64,000 bases of DNA from Narcine bancroftii (lineage: Eukaryota), in the NCBI RefSeq assembly GCF_036971445.1, contig NC_091478.1, positions 28,954,001 through 29,018,000 of the forward strand. Direction: 5' to 3'. A program made the translations under genes and the position numbers. The notes beneath the pieces are model-generated. The model searched no databases and was not told where the DNA came from. It worked only from the letters and a program-made list of their open reading frames with translations. Positions 23,673-36,200 of this stretch are shown piece after piece; the first letter of the stretch is position 1; each line of letters begins with the position of its first letter.

Positions 23673-25296
23673 TGCACATCATCACACAGCTCTCAACCTG
23701 GCCAGCTGATGGGACCTGATGAAAGGGGGAGGAGAAGCAGCAGATGATGGGGGTGGTTATTGTGCAAAAGAGTTTGTGGGTGAACATGTAGAGGATTTAA
23801 ATGCCAGAACAATAATGTTCACTGGAAGCATTTGCAAATGTACAGATCTGTGAGCACAGGGGTCATTACTGAGCACAATCTGGTGAGTGGGTTTTTCATA
23901 TTTCCTGATGGTCATAAATGCTATTCAGCCCATCGATCAAATGTTGGTTCACAGAGCATTTTCACACTCCCGATAATTTTCTATTAAATTATTCCCAATC
24001 CCATCAACCTTCCACCGATTTTACCCCTCACCCTAGAGGCAACTGACAGGAGCCAATTAACTCACTCGCCTGCATGCCTTTAGGATGTGGGTGTGTAAAG
24101 GTGATTATTGTGTGCAGTGTATTGTGAGTGCACCCATGGACCAGAGAAATGCTGTTTTGTCTAGTTTTGCAGACAGAATAATAAACAAAAATGAAACTTA
24201 AGCACCCAGGGGGAAACTTATGCAGTCACCAAGAGAACATGCAAACTCCACACAGAAAGCACCAGAGGTCAAGATCAAATCTAGGTTACTGGAGCTGAGG
24301 CCATGGCTCTATCTCCACTGTGAGCTCAGGTTTATGCCAATGTAAAGGAACTGAGATGTGCTCCTGCCACAGTCACATTGCTGCTTTAACCCGTTGCATG
24401 GATTGTGGTGCCCACTTTCTCACTGGTAAGAGGCACCAGTTTACTTTCGCTTCTCAGCTGGAAGCCAGAACAAGGAAGGGGTAAAGGTATGGGTGAGGCA
24501 TCCAGCACCAGATGAGCTGAGGGAGTACTGGAACTGTAATGTTACAGAAGAGTAAGTCATGGTGAAACAGGCACTCTTTCCTAGATTCATGAACAAGAGA
24601 AACTTAAGGACACGATAAGAGCTGGTCACCAAGGTGGGAGAAAGGTTTTCTAATAGAGGGTAGTGAAGTTCTGAAGTTCTCTTCTCCTGAGGGTGATGGG
24701 GTGCTGGCTCACTGGATATAATTCAGGTCAGAAAATCTGAATTAGTGTAATGCTATTCCAGTGCTAGCGACCTGGATTCAAATCCAGTGCTGTCTGTAAG
24801 GAGTTTGTGCATTCTCCCTGTATCTGTGCGGGTTTTCCCCAGGCTCTACACTTTCCTTTTACCCTTCAAAATGTGCAGGGATTGTAAGTTAATTGGGGAA
24901 TTTGAGTGGCATGGGCTCATGGACCAGAAAGGCCTGTTACTGTGCTGTATATTTAAATAAAAAATTTAAAAGATCAAGGAATTGAGGGATCTGGAAGCTC
25001 ATACTGGTAAAATGAACTTCACTCCAGTAAAATAACATTGCCTTGCTCTGTTCAAATGGATCCCTCACTACAACCATGCTATTGTACTTGTGTTTTGGTT
25101 GACTTGCTGGATAGCATACAAAACAAACCTTTTCACCACATCCGACAGTAAGCGTAAACGTGAACTCTAGGGAAGAGGGAGTCGAAGCCAGTGTAGGTCA
25201 AATTGAATAGTGGAATAGGCTTGAGGGGCCAATTGGCCTCCTCATGCCCCTATTATTTTGTGTTTGTGTTGGTGTTATTCTCATGCTAATTATTAA

Positions 25297-25476
25297 CCCT
25301 TTGGACCCAGTGTCCCTGTTTTCAGGAACTAACGACATGCGCATTTACTCTGTGTTTCCATTTTCCGGGACTGGTTTTATACCTAACCACCACCTGGTTC
25401 GTATTGGTGTTCGTACTGTAGTTTACCCATGGATCCAGTCTGGAGTATACATTATACATGTGCAGAATCCAAAGGG
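25297..25476. mobile_element. piggyBac-like MITE (180 bp)
   Basis: TTAA on both sides (25293-25296 and 25477-25480); TIR CCCTTTGGA / TCCAAAGGG. Confidence 0.7.
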
Positions 25477-26261
25477 TTAAAACCAGTTGCTTACGCTTAG
25501 CATCATTTCACCCCTTATCGCTAATGTATTGATTTTCTGTCCCTCCAGAAGCTTTGAGTTGTTATCCAAGCAAAACCCCACCATGAACCTTGGACTAGAA
25601 ATAAATATTTGCCTCTTTGTAAATTAAGTTGCATTTTATCGGAACCAGAACTCTTCATGACACCTGGGCAACCCGCATAATTCTGTGGAGTGAGGATCTC
25701 ACCATCCACGGAGAGGTTGCTGGGATAATTGTTGGATTCCTGCTGCCATAGCACAATGAGGTGAGATATCGAGCTGTCTTGGGGTTATCGAGATTTCCTG
25801 TCCCTGTGCGATGCATCACAGTTCCCTCTCCCCAACGATACACTGGTGTGTCCTGTCCATATGTGCTGAGGTACCCTTTGTGGAAGCTTATTGAGGAACA
25901 GCATCTCACCTCTCAGTAGATTCATTGCAGCCTTTAGGACCTGGCCTTACAATTTGTATTAGAAGGGTTCTCAGCTTGAAGCATTAACTCTGCTTCTCCT
26001 TTCTCTAATGTTGCCTGACCTATTGAGAATTTTCTTCATTCTCTTTTTATTTTGTATCAGAGAAACCTGTTCTTTCGATGGAATAAATCCTAATAGCAGG
26101 GCAAGGGGCCTGAGAGGATTGATATTCACTCATGAGGACTCTGCAAAGCCAGCACTTTTTGCCATCCACTTTTTTGTGCTTGTTTTTTATTAATAGCAGT
26201 GCACAAGGCTGTAGTGGCCACTTTGGCTCTGTATAACAGTAAAATCCCCTACCATACATGT

Positions 26262-26860
26262 TTTGTCAGGAAGGCATAACACCGACTCCATTTCCTGAAA
26301 AGACTGAAGCGGGCAAGTCTACCGGTCACCATCATGTCAACTTTCCATAGGAGCTCTATCGAGAGCTTCCTGGCCGGCTGCACCACAGTGTGGTACGGTG
26401 GCTGCAGAGAAATGGGCGGAGGTCAATCCACAGGACCATAAGAGTGGCAAAGAGGATCACTGGAGTCTCCCTCCTCCCTGCATCGACATGATCTACCACG
26501 ATCGTTGTCTGAAGAGGACGTGCAAAATCATTGAGGACCCCTTCCATCCCACCCACAGAATCTTTCAACTGCTCCCATCAGGAAAGAGATACAGAAGTAT
26601 CAGAGCCAGTGCCACTAGGCTGAGGAACAGCTTCTTCCCACAGGCAGTGAGAACCCTGAATGACTGAATTAACTGTTCATACAAACCCTTTGAGAATCTA
26701 CTATTTATTGAACAATATTCATTTATTTTTATATATGTACTGCCTATAAATTGCTTGTAAATATGTGTGCTATGTCTATATATGTGTGCGCATGTTTTTA
26801 CACTGAGCACCGAAGATCGCCTTTTGCTCAGTTGTACCTCTGCAATTGATTGAACTTCAG
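26262..26860 (+). mobile_element. Rex-Babar-type LINE 3' fragment
   Basis: ORF KIIEDPFHPTHRIFQLLPSGKRYRSI...RLRNSFFPQAVR; similar to 28555-29531 and 56560-57065. Confidence 0.8.
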
Positions 26861-28554
26861 GAGTTCTTGGGTGGGGTGAAAGCCATCATGTATGTAATCA
26901 ATTTGCACTTTCTTGACAACTGTTATTATAATATTTGTAGTTACTGCCTGTATAATAATATATTTTTTAAAACTTGAACGTTCCCCAGAAAGAACAGACC
27001 TTCCCAGGGATGTCCTTTTAATAATTAAGAATACTGTGCATCTCCTGTCTTAACATCTAATATCAGTTTCAGATAGGCATAAAATATAGAATTAACGCCT
27101 TTTGGACTAGATTATCTTGCCCTACATCAGGAATTCTCAACAGGGAACCCTATGCACCCACCTGGGGGCATAAAAGTCTTGTGTTCTTTTCACCTCACAT
27201 ACATAATTTAAAAAAATGTTTTTTATGCTGTTGGTAGGAAAGAAGTACAGAAAAATCAAGAGTTGACTTCTTCACAGGGAAGGGGCCCCATAAGCCCTGA
27301 AGAGAACAAAGGTTGAGAATGGCTGTCCAAGAGCGCACCCTCTTACCCTGCTGCCTGGATTAGTGTCATCTCTAAGAAGAAGTAAGACAAACCAGTATTG
27401 CTTTCTCTGGAGCATTGGAGGTTGATAGAGGTTTATAGAATTATGAGAGGCATGGATAGGGTAGATGGTCAAAGTCTTTCTCCTAGGGTGGAAATGTCAA
27501 AGAGAGCAAAGGTATAGGGTGAGAGGGTGCAAGTTTAAAGGAGATCCACAAGGCAGGAGTGATAAATGCCTGTAACACACTGCCAAGGGAAGTAATGGAA
27601 GGAGATACGCAATGTTTGAGAGGGATTTACACAGACACAGACACAGAGCAAGGATTGCTGCGATTTAGGCCACATGGGGATTATTTTATTTTTAATTTTT
27701 AATTCAGACATACAGAATGGTAACCAGCTCTTCCGGCCCAATTACACTCAATTAACCTACATTTCGAATGGTGGGAGGAAATGAGAGCACCCGGAGGAAA
27801 CACACGCAGACACAGAGAGAAAGTTCAAATTCCTTACAGGCAGAACTGGTGCTGCACATTTGGCATTCTGGTCATCATGGGCTGAATGGCCTGACTTGAG
27901 TTGCATGGTCTACCATGTCCCCAGCCCGGTGCAATATATTGGGAACCCGATCTGCATGTGATAAGGTGGGCTACCCAACAGTTGTGACATGTACTGGCAG
28001 CAAGGTCGGACAGCAGATAGGCCTGCTGCCTCACATTTCTAGGGACCAGGGCTTGATGCTGATGCCAGGTGCTACCTGTGTGGATTTTGCACATCCTCAT
28101 GATGAAGGTGTGGGCTTACCTCCCACCCTGTTCATTCATCCCCAATCCTCCCCATCATCCCTCACATTCTCCACACTCCCGATCAGCCTTCATACCTCCC
28201 TCTCCACCCACCACATCCTCCAGGTCCCACCCTCCCCATCATTCCCCACACCTTCCTCCCCACCAACCACACCCTCCCGTTCCCAACCCTCCCCACCTAC
28301 CATTCCCCATGCCAACACATCCCTAGCCCACACCCTCTCACCACTCATTACTCCCCATTCTGACACCCATCCTCCCCACTGTCCTCCCCACCCATCATTT
28401 CCCCAGCCCCACCCTTCCCATCATCCCCACACCCTCTTCCTCACCCACTATAACCTCCAGCACCCAACCTCCCCATTATTCTCTCCATCACCATTCCTCA
28501 TCTTGCCACACACACAGTCCCCACCCTCCTGACTGTCCTCCCCACCCTCCACCC

Positions 28555-29531
28555 CTAAAGGAAAGTCAACAGTCTGTCCGGGTCGGTAGCAGAACATCGA
28601 GCCCCGTCACACTGAACACTGGTGCACCTCAGGGCTTTGTGCTCAGCCCACTCCTGTTCATGCTACTGACCCATGACTGCATCACCAGATCCAGCTGGTG
28701 TCATCAAGTTGTAGATGACACAACAATAATGGTCTCATCAGCAATAATGATGAGTCGTAGTACAGAGAAAAGGTGGAAAATCTCATGGTGTGAGTGTTAA
28801 CATGGACAGCTTGAAGGAGATGATCGTGGACTTCAGGAATGACCACCCTCCACTACACATCAACAACTCTGTAGTAGAAAGTGTGAAGTGTACCAACTTC
28901 CTTGGAGTTCACTTAACTAGTGACCGATCATGGACACACAACATCTCCACCCTTGTCAGGAAGGTACAACAGCAACTGTACTTCCTGAGAAAACTGAAGA
29001 GGGCAAGGCTACTGACCAACATTATGTCAATCTTCTACAGGAGATCTATCAAGAACATCCTTGACAGCTGTATCAAGGTATGGTACGGTGGCTGCAGAGA
29101 AATGGATCGGAGGTCAATCCACAGGACCATAAGAGTGGCAGAGAGGATCAATGGAGTCTCCCTCCCCCCCACCCCCCCATCTATGTCATCTACCCAGATT
29201 GTTGACTGAAAATGGCATGCAAATCATTCTGCATAAACATCTTTCAGCTGCTCTCGTCAGGGATGAAATCCAGGAGGATCAGAGCCAGCACCACCAAGCT
29301 GAGGAACAGCTTTTTCCCACGGACAGTGAGAATGCTGAACAACCAAAGGAACTGCTCACACTAACCGTAGGAGACTCTCATATTCGTAAATAAATATTTA
29401 TTTGCATATATGAATATTTGTCCTGCATATGTATTGTTTGTCTGTTATGTCTGGTTGTGTGTCTGTGTGATTTACACCGAGAACATACTTTTGAACTTGG
29501 ATAATTAAATGACAGTGAACTTGAACTTGAC
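28555..29531 (+). mobile_element. Rex-Babar-type LINE fragment ending just upstream of TAF5
   Basis: TGAPQG..LSPLLF remnant, KEMIVDFR..FLGVHL ORF; gaacttgaacttga tail. Confidence 0.8.
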
Positions 29532-29670
29532 AATGCCTCCGAGGTGGCCATGCCCTAACTGTCGCAAAGATAGGCGGGGCATTCTGCCAGCACTGTCGTA
29601 GAGTGAGCGCTGGCTTTATAAGTGCAAGCAGGTGCCGTAAAGAGCGGCAAATGGTGGTGAAGATGGCGGC
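29532..29670 (+). promoter_or_regulatory. TAF5 proximal promoter / CpG island start
   Basis: GGCGGGGC GC box at about 29573; AAGATGGCGGC YY1-type motif overlapping the ATG; CpG-rich exon 1 follows. Confidence 0.55.
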
Positions 29671-30471
29671 GGTGCCGGAGGCGGCGAGCGACGGGACAAC
29701 CCCGATCCCCNNNNNNNNNNNNNNNNNNNNNNNNNNNNNNNNNNNNNNNNNNNNNNNNNNNNNNNNNNNNNNNNNNNNNNNNNNNNNNNNNNNNNNNNNN
29801 NNNNNNNNNNNNNNNNNNNNNNNNNNNNNNNNNNNNNNNNNNNNNNNNNNNNNNNNNNNNNNNNNNNNNNNNNNNNNNNNNNNNNNNNNNNNNNNNNNNN
29901 NGGCCCAGGCCCCCAGCCCGGCCCCGGTCCCGGTCCCCAGCCCGGCCCCAGTCCCCGCCGCCACCGCGTCCCCTGCTCCCTCGCCGTCCCCCAGCCCGTC
30001 GTCGGCGGTGAAGGCGGAGGAAAGCCCGGGGGAAGGCGGTAGGCCTGGCGGGGGCCCTGGGGCTGGAGCCGGGGCCGCTGCCGGGCCGGGGCCCGAGCTG
30101 AACGAGCGCCAGACGCTGCTCGCCGTGCTGCAGTTCCTGAAGAAGAACCGGTTCCGCGAGGCCGAGGAGACGCTGCGCCGGGAGGCCAGCGTGCAGGAGG
30201 CGCTGGACGAGGCGCTGCTACGGACGGCCGGGCCCCGTGGACCCGACTCGGTGCACCAGCCCGATGTCAGCTCGGTGCTGTCGGCCTACAGCAACCAAGG
30301 CGATCCCAGCCTGTACGAGGAGTACTACAGCGGCCTGAAAGCCTTCATCGAGGCGGCGCTGGACGCTCTGAAGGCCGAGCTGGCCAGCCTGCTGTATCCG
30401 GTGTTTGTGCACCTGTACCTGGAGCTGGTGTATAACGAACACGAACGGGAGGCCCGGCACTTCTTTAACAG
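29663..30471 (+). CDS. TAF5: TAF5 exon 1 (Pro/Ala-rich N-terminus, LisH-like RQTLLAVLQFL, start of NTD2); spans an assembly gap
   Basis: aagATGG start (an in-frame ATG also lies at 29651); QPDVSSVLSAY..QGDP..YEEYYSGLK..YPVFVHLYLELVYN; AG|gtcagc donor. Confidence 0.9.
29711..29901. other. Assembly gap inside TAF5 exon 1
   Basis: Run of N. Confidence 1.
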
Positions 30472-30594
30472 GTCAGCAGCGGTGCACAGCACAATACAGT
30501 GTGGATGCAATACAGTGTAAACCCTTTTAACAACAGCCTGACAATACCACAGGTCATTGGCGGTCCACAGCCCAATACAGTGCGAACACACTTG

Positions 30595-31635
30595 AAACAC
30601 AAAAGTCTGCAGACGCTATGATTGTAGTAAAAACACATCGAAATGCTGGAGGAACTCAGCCGGTCTTTTCAGTGTCTAGAGGAGACAAAGAGAAATTCCC
30701 GACGCTTTGGGCTTGAACCCTTTTTCAAGGAATAAGCCAGAAGCAGGAAATCTCAAAGTCTCAGAATTCAGACAATAGGGGAGGAATCCAGACCATCAAA
30801 AGGTGTTAATTGGATATAAGGGACGAGGTAAGAATTTATCATGTTTGTGCAAAAAGGAGACAGGAAAGGGAGAGACAATGGGGGGGGGGGGTTAAACAAA
30901 AGTCAGAGAAGTTGATGTTAATGCCATCCAGTTGGAGGGTGCCCACCCAGTCAGAAAATGAGGTGGTGCTCCTCCAATTTGCAGGTGGTCTCAGTCTGGC
31001 AGTGTATAGATATGTCAGCAAAGGAATGGGATGGAGAATTGAAATGGGTGGCCACTGGGAGATCTGCGCTATTGGGGTGGACAGCTAAGATGCTCAACAA
31101 ATTGATCTTCCAGTCTGCGTCCTGACTCTCCAACGTAGAGGAGACCACAATGGGAGCACCAGGTGTGGTAGATAACCCCTGCAGATTCATTTGGAAGGAC
31201 TGTTTGAGGCCCCAAATGGTGGTGAGAAAGGAGGTGTGGCTGCAGGAGGAGCATCCCCTGGGGTCACTAGAGTAGGTGCCAATGGGATGATTAGTGGGGA
31301 GGGAGGAGTGGACATTAGGGTTAGGGTCCTGGAGGGAGTGATCACTGTGGAAGGTGGAGAGGGGAAGGGAATATGTGTCTAGTGGTGGGATCACATATTA
31401 AGTGGCAGAAATGGCGGAGGAGGATGTGGAGGGTGGTAGGTGAGGAAAGGAGAATCTTATCCTTGTTGCACGTGGATTCCTCCCCCCATTGTTTGAATTC
31501 TGAGATTTCCTGCTTGTGGCTTATTCTGCTCCTTCTTTGAAGAAGGGGTCAGCCCAAAATATCAGCATTGTTTGTCTCCATTAGATGCTGAGAAGATCAG
31601 CTGAGTTACTCCATGTTTCGGTGTATTTTTACACA
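30595..31635 (-). mobile_element. Penelope-like element remnant (GIY-YIG endonuclease) flanked by inverted terminal repeats
   Basis: ORF VIYHTWCSHCGLLYVGESGRRLEDQFVEHL and LPVATHFNSPSHS; ends 30595-30800 and 31475-31635 are inverted copies. Confidence 0.75.
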
Positions 31636-32047
31636 ATATCAGTGTATAAATCTCTATCAAGGAGGCTGGAACAATAGGAGTATTTCAAGACACTTGAGTA
31701 TGTAGATGAACAAAAAATAGAGGGTAATGAGGGAGAGAAGGTTTGGTTTTTTTGGTAGGTATACTGTATATAGGTCAGCAGAACATCATAGACCAAAGGG
31801 GCTGTATTATGCTGTTGTGTTTGATGTTCACTGTAAATAGCACAGTTAATAACAGGGTCTTAAACCACCTGTTCTATCCTAACCTGAACTGTAAAATGGT
31901 CAGGGGCTACCAAAAATCTGTCTGCATTATTAAAACATCCACTTTTGCACAAGCAGAAACTGTGAATATTTATCTTGTTTTATTTATTTACATGGCATCC
32001 AGTGGTAATTTAATGTGTTCTGTTTGTGGTTGGTGTACCTTGCCTAC

Positions 32048-32279
32048 CGGTGTGGCTGCAGCAATCTCGGTGTGGCTGCAGCAATCTCGGTGTGGCTGCA
32101 GCAATCTCGGTTTGGCTGCAGCAATCTCGGTGTGGCTGCAGCAATCTCGGTGTGGCTGCAGCAATCTCGGTGTGGCTGCAGCAATCTCGGTGTGGCTGCA
32201 GCAATCTCGGTGTGGCTGCAGCAATCTCGGTGTGGCTGCAGCAATCTCGGTGTGGCTGCAGCAATCTCGGTGTGGCTGT
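32048..32279. repeat. 20-bp minisatellite, about 11.5 copies
   Basis: Unit ggtgtggctgcagcaatctc. Confidence 0.97.
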
Positions 32280-32352
32280 ACATGTGTACTAGTGTATATG
32301 ACACTAAGCTTTCATCTCGGGCTTTAGCAGCACTTTACCTGGTTTATTGCAG

Positions 32353-32668
32353 ATATCATGGAGATCAGGAAGCTTATTACCAGGATGACCTGCGAGTGTT
32401 GGTGGGGCTGTCGAAAAAGGAGCACATGCAGGGCAACGAGACAGTGCTGGATTTCCGTACCAGCAAGTTTGTGCTGCGCATCTCGCGGGACTCCTACCAG
32501 TGCCTGAAGCGTCACCTGCAGGAGAGGCATAATAACCAGATCTGGAACATCGTGCAGGAGCACCTGTTTATTGATGTCTTTGACGGTATGCCCAGGAGCA
32601 AGCAGCAGATTGAGTTAACGTCTGGAGGAATGGCAGGCGAAGCCAAGAGGGAGGCGAATAAAACCAAG
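32353..32668 (+). CDS. TAF5: TAF5 exon 2 (YHGDQEAYYQDDLRVL...EAKREANKTK)
   Basis: ttgcag acceptor and gtgcgg donor; 316 nt; NTD2 domain. Confidence 0.95.
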
Positions 32669-33204
32669 GTGCGGAGGAGGGAATATTTAATTTTGGCTGG
32701 ACAATGGGATCCTGAACCCTACCCACTCACTGGGGAATCGTGGACCTGAGTCCTCATTCTCCGTAGGTTCAGTAGGGATGCAAATGGATCAGTAAGTTTG
32801 AAGATTAAGTTAAACACAGTCTGCTGGAGAAACTCAGCACATTGAGCTCCATTAGAGGGAGAAAAACAATGGTCGACATTTCAAGCCTAGACCTTGAGAC
32901 TCTGTTTCGGCTCGAGACTTCAACCATTCTTTTTCACCCACTGATGCAGCTCGACTAGATGAGTTCCTCCAGCAGACTGTGTTTATCTTCAGATTCCAGC
33001 TTCTGCAGTCTCCTGTATGTCTTCAGTTTGAGGATATGAAAGTTGGTGGTGCTGCGGATGGCAATAAAGGGTAACTAACAGTGGGAATGGATAAGCTGGA
33101 AACTTGGGGAGCATGTTGGCAGGTGGAATGTACTCCCAACAAATGGGAGGTGATGAATTTTGGGGTCAAATAGGGATATAACAATGGTAGGTTGCTTCAA
33201 AATA

Positions 33205-36200
33205 TCACTGCTAACTGAAGGATCGCACAACCAGATGGGTTGAATTCAGTGAGCAAAAACTGATTTATTGCTGGCTGCCTGGCTGCCCGGACCTGGCTGA
33301 GAACCGCGCTGGGGGCCCCCGACGTCACCGGGGTGTCACATGGGTCCCCAAGCGCAGGCTTCCGAGCCTGGTGCCGAGGTCGGGAAGAAACCCCCAACGG
33401 TGCCATTTTGGCCGACTGCCCCGCCGCGTGCGTGACAAGCGGGGCCAGTTCGCCTGCCTAATGGCGTACCGCTGCACAGCACCCCCTCCACCCAGAACCG
33501 GCGCCAATGTCCTTTTTTGCCGGGCGGCCTCGCTTCTTGGGTTGAGCCACAACTACTGGTTCGGTGGGGTCGAGGTGGGCTGGCTTTAACCTGTCCACCG
33601 TAAACAGTTCCCTCTTATCACCAATGTCCAGTGTGAAAGTAGATCCTGAATTCTGGACGACTTTGTACGGCCCTTCATGTGGTCTTTGTAGAGGTGCTGT
33701 AGAAGGGCTCCGCCTGACAAAAATGTACTCTGCTGAGTACAGCTCACTGGGGATGTAAGAGGTCCATGTGTCTGGGCGGCGGTGGGGGTGTGAAGGAGTC
33801 CAACTGGGCCCGGAAGCGGGGAAGTAGACCATGCGGTGACTGCTGGGGGTTGTGAGGTGTGTTGACGAGCTCACCGGGTAGGGCTATCGGTGCACCGTAG
33901 ACCAGCTTAGCTGATGACGCCTGTAGGTCTTCTTTGGGTGTCGAGCGGATGCCCAGGAGCACCCAAGGCAGCTCATCCACCCAGTTGGGGCCGATGAGGC
34001 GGGCCATAAGTGCCGACTTAAGGTGGCGGTGCAATCACTCGACTAGCCCACTGGCCTGTGGGTGATAGGCCGTGGTGTGATGTAGCTCGTTCCCCAGCCT
34101 GTTGGCGAGCTATGCCCAGAGCGCAGAGGTGAACTGGTCGCCCCGATCAGGTTGTTTGGGATGATAAGGTTGTTTGGGACGCTGAACCAGGTAACCCAAC
34201 CGTTAAAAGCGCTTGAGAGCAGGAGTTTGTGGAGGCATCTGCCATCGGGATCGCCTCAGGCCAACGAGTGGTGCGGTCTACCACTGTGAAAAGGTAACGG
34301 TTTCCTCGGGAAACGGGCGAGGGTCCGACGATGTCCACATGTATGTAGCTGAACCATTCCCGGACGTGTTCGAAATCTTGTATGGGCGCTCTGGTGTGCC
34401 TATGTACCTTGGAAAGCTGGTAATGGATGCAGGTTCTGGCCCAGTACACAATCTGCTTCTGAAGCCCGTGCCAGATGAAATGTTCTGCCACCATACGAAC
34501 CGTGGACCTGATGGAAGGGTGGGAAAGGTCATGGATATGGTGGAAGACTTGCCTGCGCAACTGCTGGGGAACCATTGGTCACGGGGTGCCCATGGAGACA
34601 TTGCACAGGACGGTGCCCTCACCGTGAGGAGTCAGGAGGTCTTGGAACTGTAGGCTCGTGATGGCAGTCCTGAAGGCCTGCGTCTCCTCATTGGAATTCT
34701 GGTCCTGGACGAGCTGGTCGAAGTCGAGGCCGGGTGTCAGCACGTAAATGGCTGGTTGTGATACCCGCACACCAAGTCGACCTTGGAGAATACCCTTGTG
34801 CCATGCAGGTTGGCTGTAAAGTCCTGGATGTGAGGGATCGGGTAATGGTCAGGTACCATCGCGTCGTTAAGCCGTCTATAATCTCTGCAGGGGCGCCAGC
34901 CGCTGGAGGCTTTCGGGACCAGGTGGTGTGGTGAGGGCCAAGGACTGTCGGAGCATTGAATGATCTCTAGCTCCTGTAGTTGCTATCTGGAGCATGTCTG
35001 ACGTGTGGACTGGTGGGCCTTGGGTGGGGATGTAATGAAACGCCCCGTAGCGTGGTGAGGCGGCGGAGAACTGCGGCTTGAAGAGGGATGGGAACTCGTC
35101 CAGGATACGCTGAAACTTGTCCTTGGGCGTGCTGACAGTGGCCATCTGCGGCCGCTCTGTGCCGGAGGCGTTGAGGCGAACGGATTGAAAGATACGGGCA
35201 TCTACCAGTCACCTACCTCAAATGTTGACCAGGAGTCCGTGGGAGAGGAGGAAATTGACACCCAGGATGGCGGTTGGAAGGGACGAAATGGTGAACCTTC
35301 TCGAGAACTTCTGCTGGCCGATCTGGAAGTGGATGGTCTTGTCTCCATACGTCCGGATCTCCGTTGAATTGGCTGCATGGATGGGGGGGTCCTCGATGCT
35401 GGTTCTGGAACTCGATGGCTGTGGCTGGGATGATGTGATCTGGGCCCCGGTGTCGACGAGGAAGTGTCGGCCACTGACTGAATCCCGCAGGTAGAGGAGG
35501 TTGTGTTCTTGGCCAGCCACCGCAGCCATTAACAGCGGCCGGCCTGCTCGTTTCCCTGGAATGCGCAGGGCTGATGACACTTCTGAGCCCTGGCTCCCCA
35601 GCACTGGTGGAAGAAGCAGAGGCCTGAAATGGATGACTTTCTTCTGGCTATGCTCTTTGAGGCCCCTGCAGGGGCCGGGTGTTCCACCGCAGCACTAGAG
35701 GAAGGCTTGGCTTGGTCATTCCTGTGACTCGTAACCTGCTGGACTGCTGAGCCCTCCGGGAATTGTTCGAGCCATAGCTCCTGGGCCTTTTGAGCGACCT
35801 TCCTAGGGTCGACAAAGCTTTCCTGGGACAGTAACGGCCAGATGTTTTCAGGCAGATGGTCGAGGAAGATGCGCTCAAAGCGTGGGCAGTTGGTGTGAGC
35901 ATCTCGTCCATCAACTCGATTGGAGTTCTGTCCCCTAAGGCGTCGAGGCGCAGCATCCAAGCGGCACGCTGGCGCCTGGAGAGGCCGAGGGAGCCAGTGA
36001 GCACCTGCTTGATGGTCCTGTACTTCTGCGGGTGGGTGTTGAATGAGGTGCAGCACTCGTTTGGCGATGGCCTGGTCCAGGGTGGTGACCACATGGTAAA
36101 ACTTGCTCGAATCCGATGAAATCTGGCGGAGGTAAAACACGCTCTGCATGGCTGAACCAGGTCTCTGGCTCCTGAACCCAGAAGTCAGGAAGTTTGATGG

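Noticed and set aside
22936-23787. 283-aa ORF spanning the gap
   Set aside because: Artefact of the N run plus degenerate LINE sequence
27915-28532. 205-aa Pro/His/Ser-rich ORF
   Set aside because: C-rich low-complexity tract with no recognisable domain or splice structure
32048-32279. CRISPR-like regular repeat and Cys-rich ORFs
   Set aside because: No unique spacers; a simple eukaryotic minisatellite
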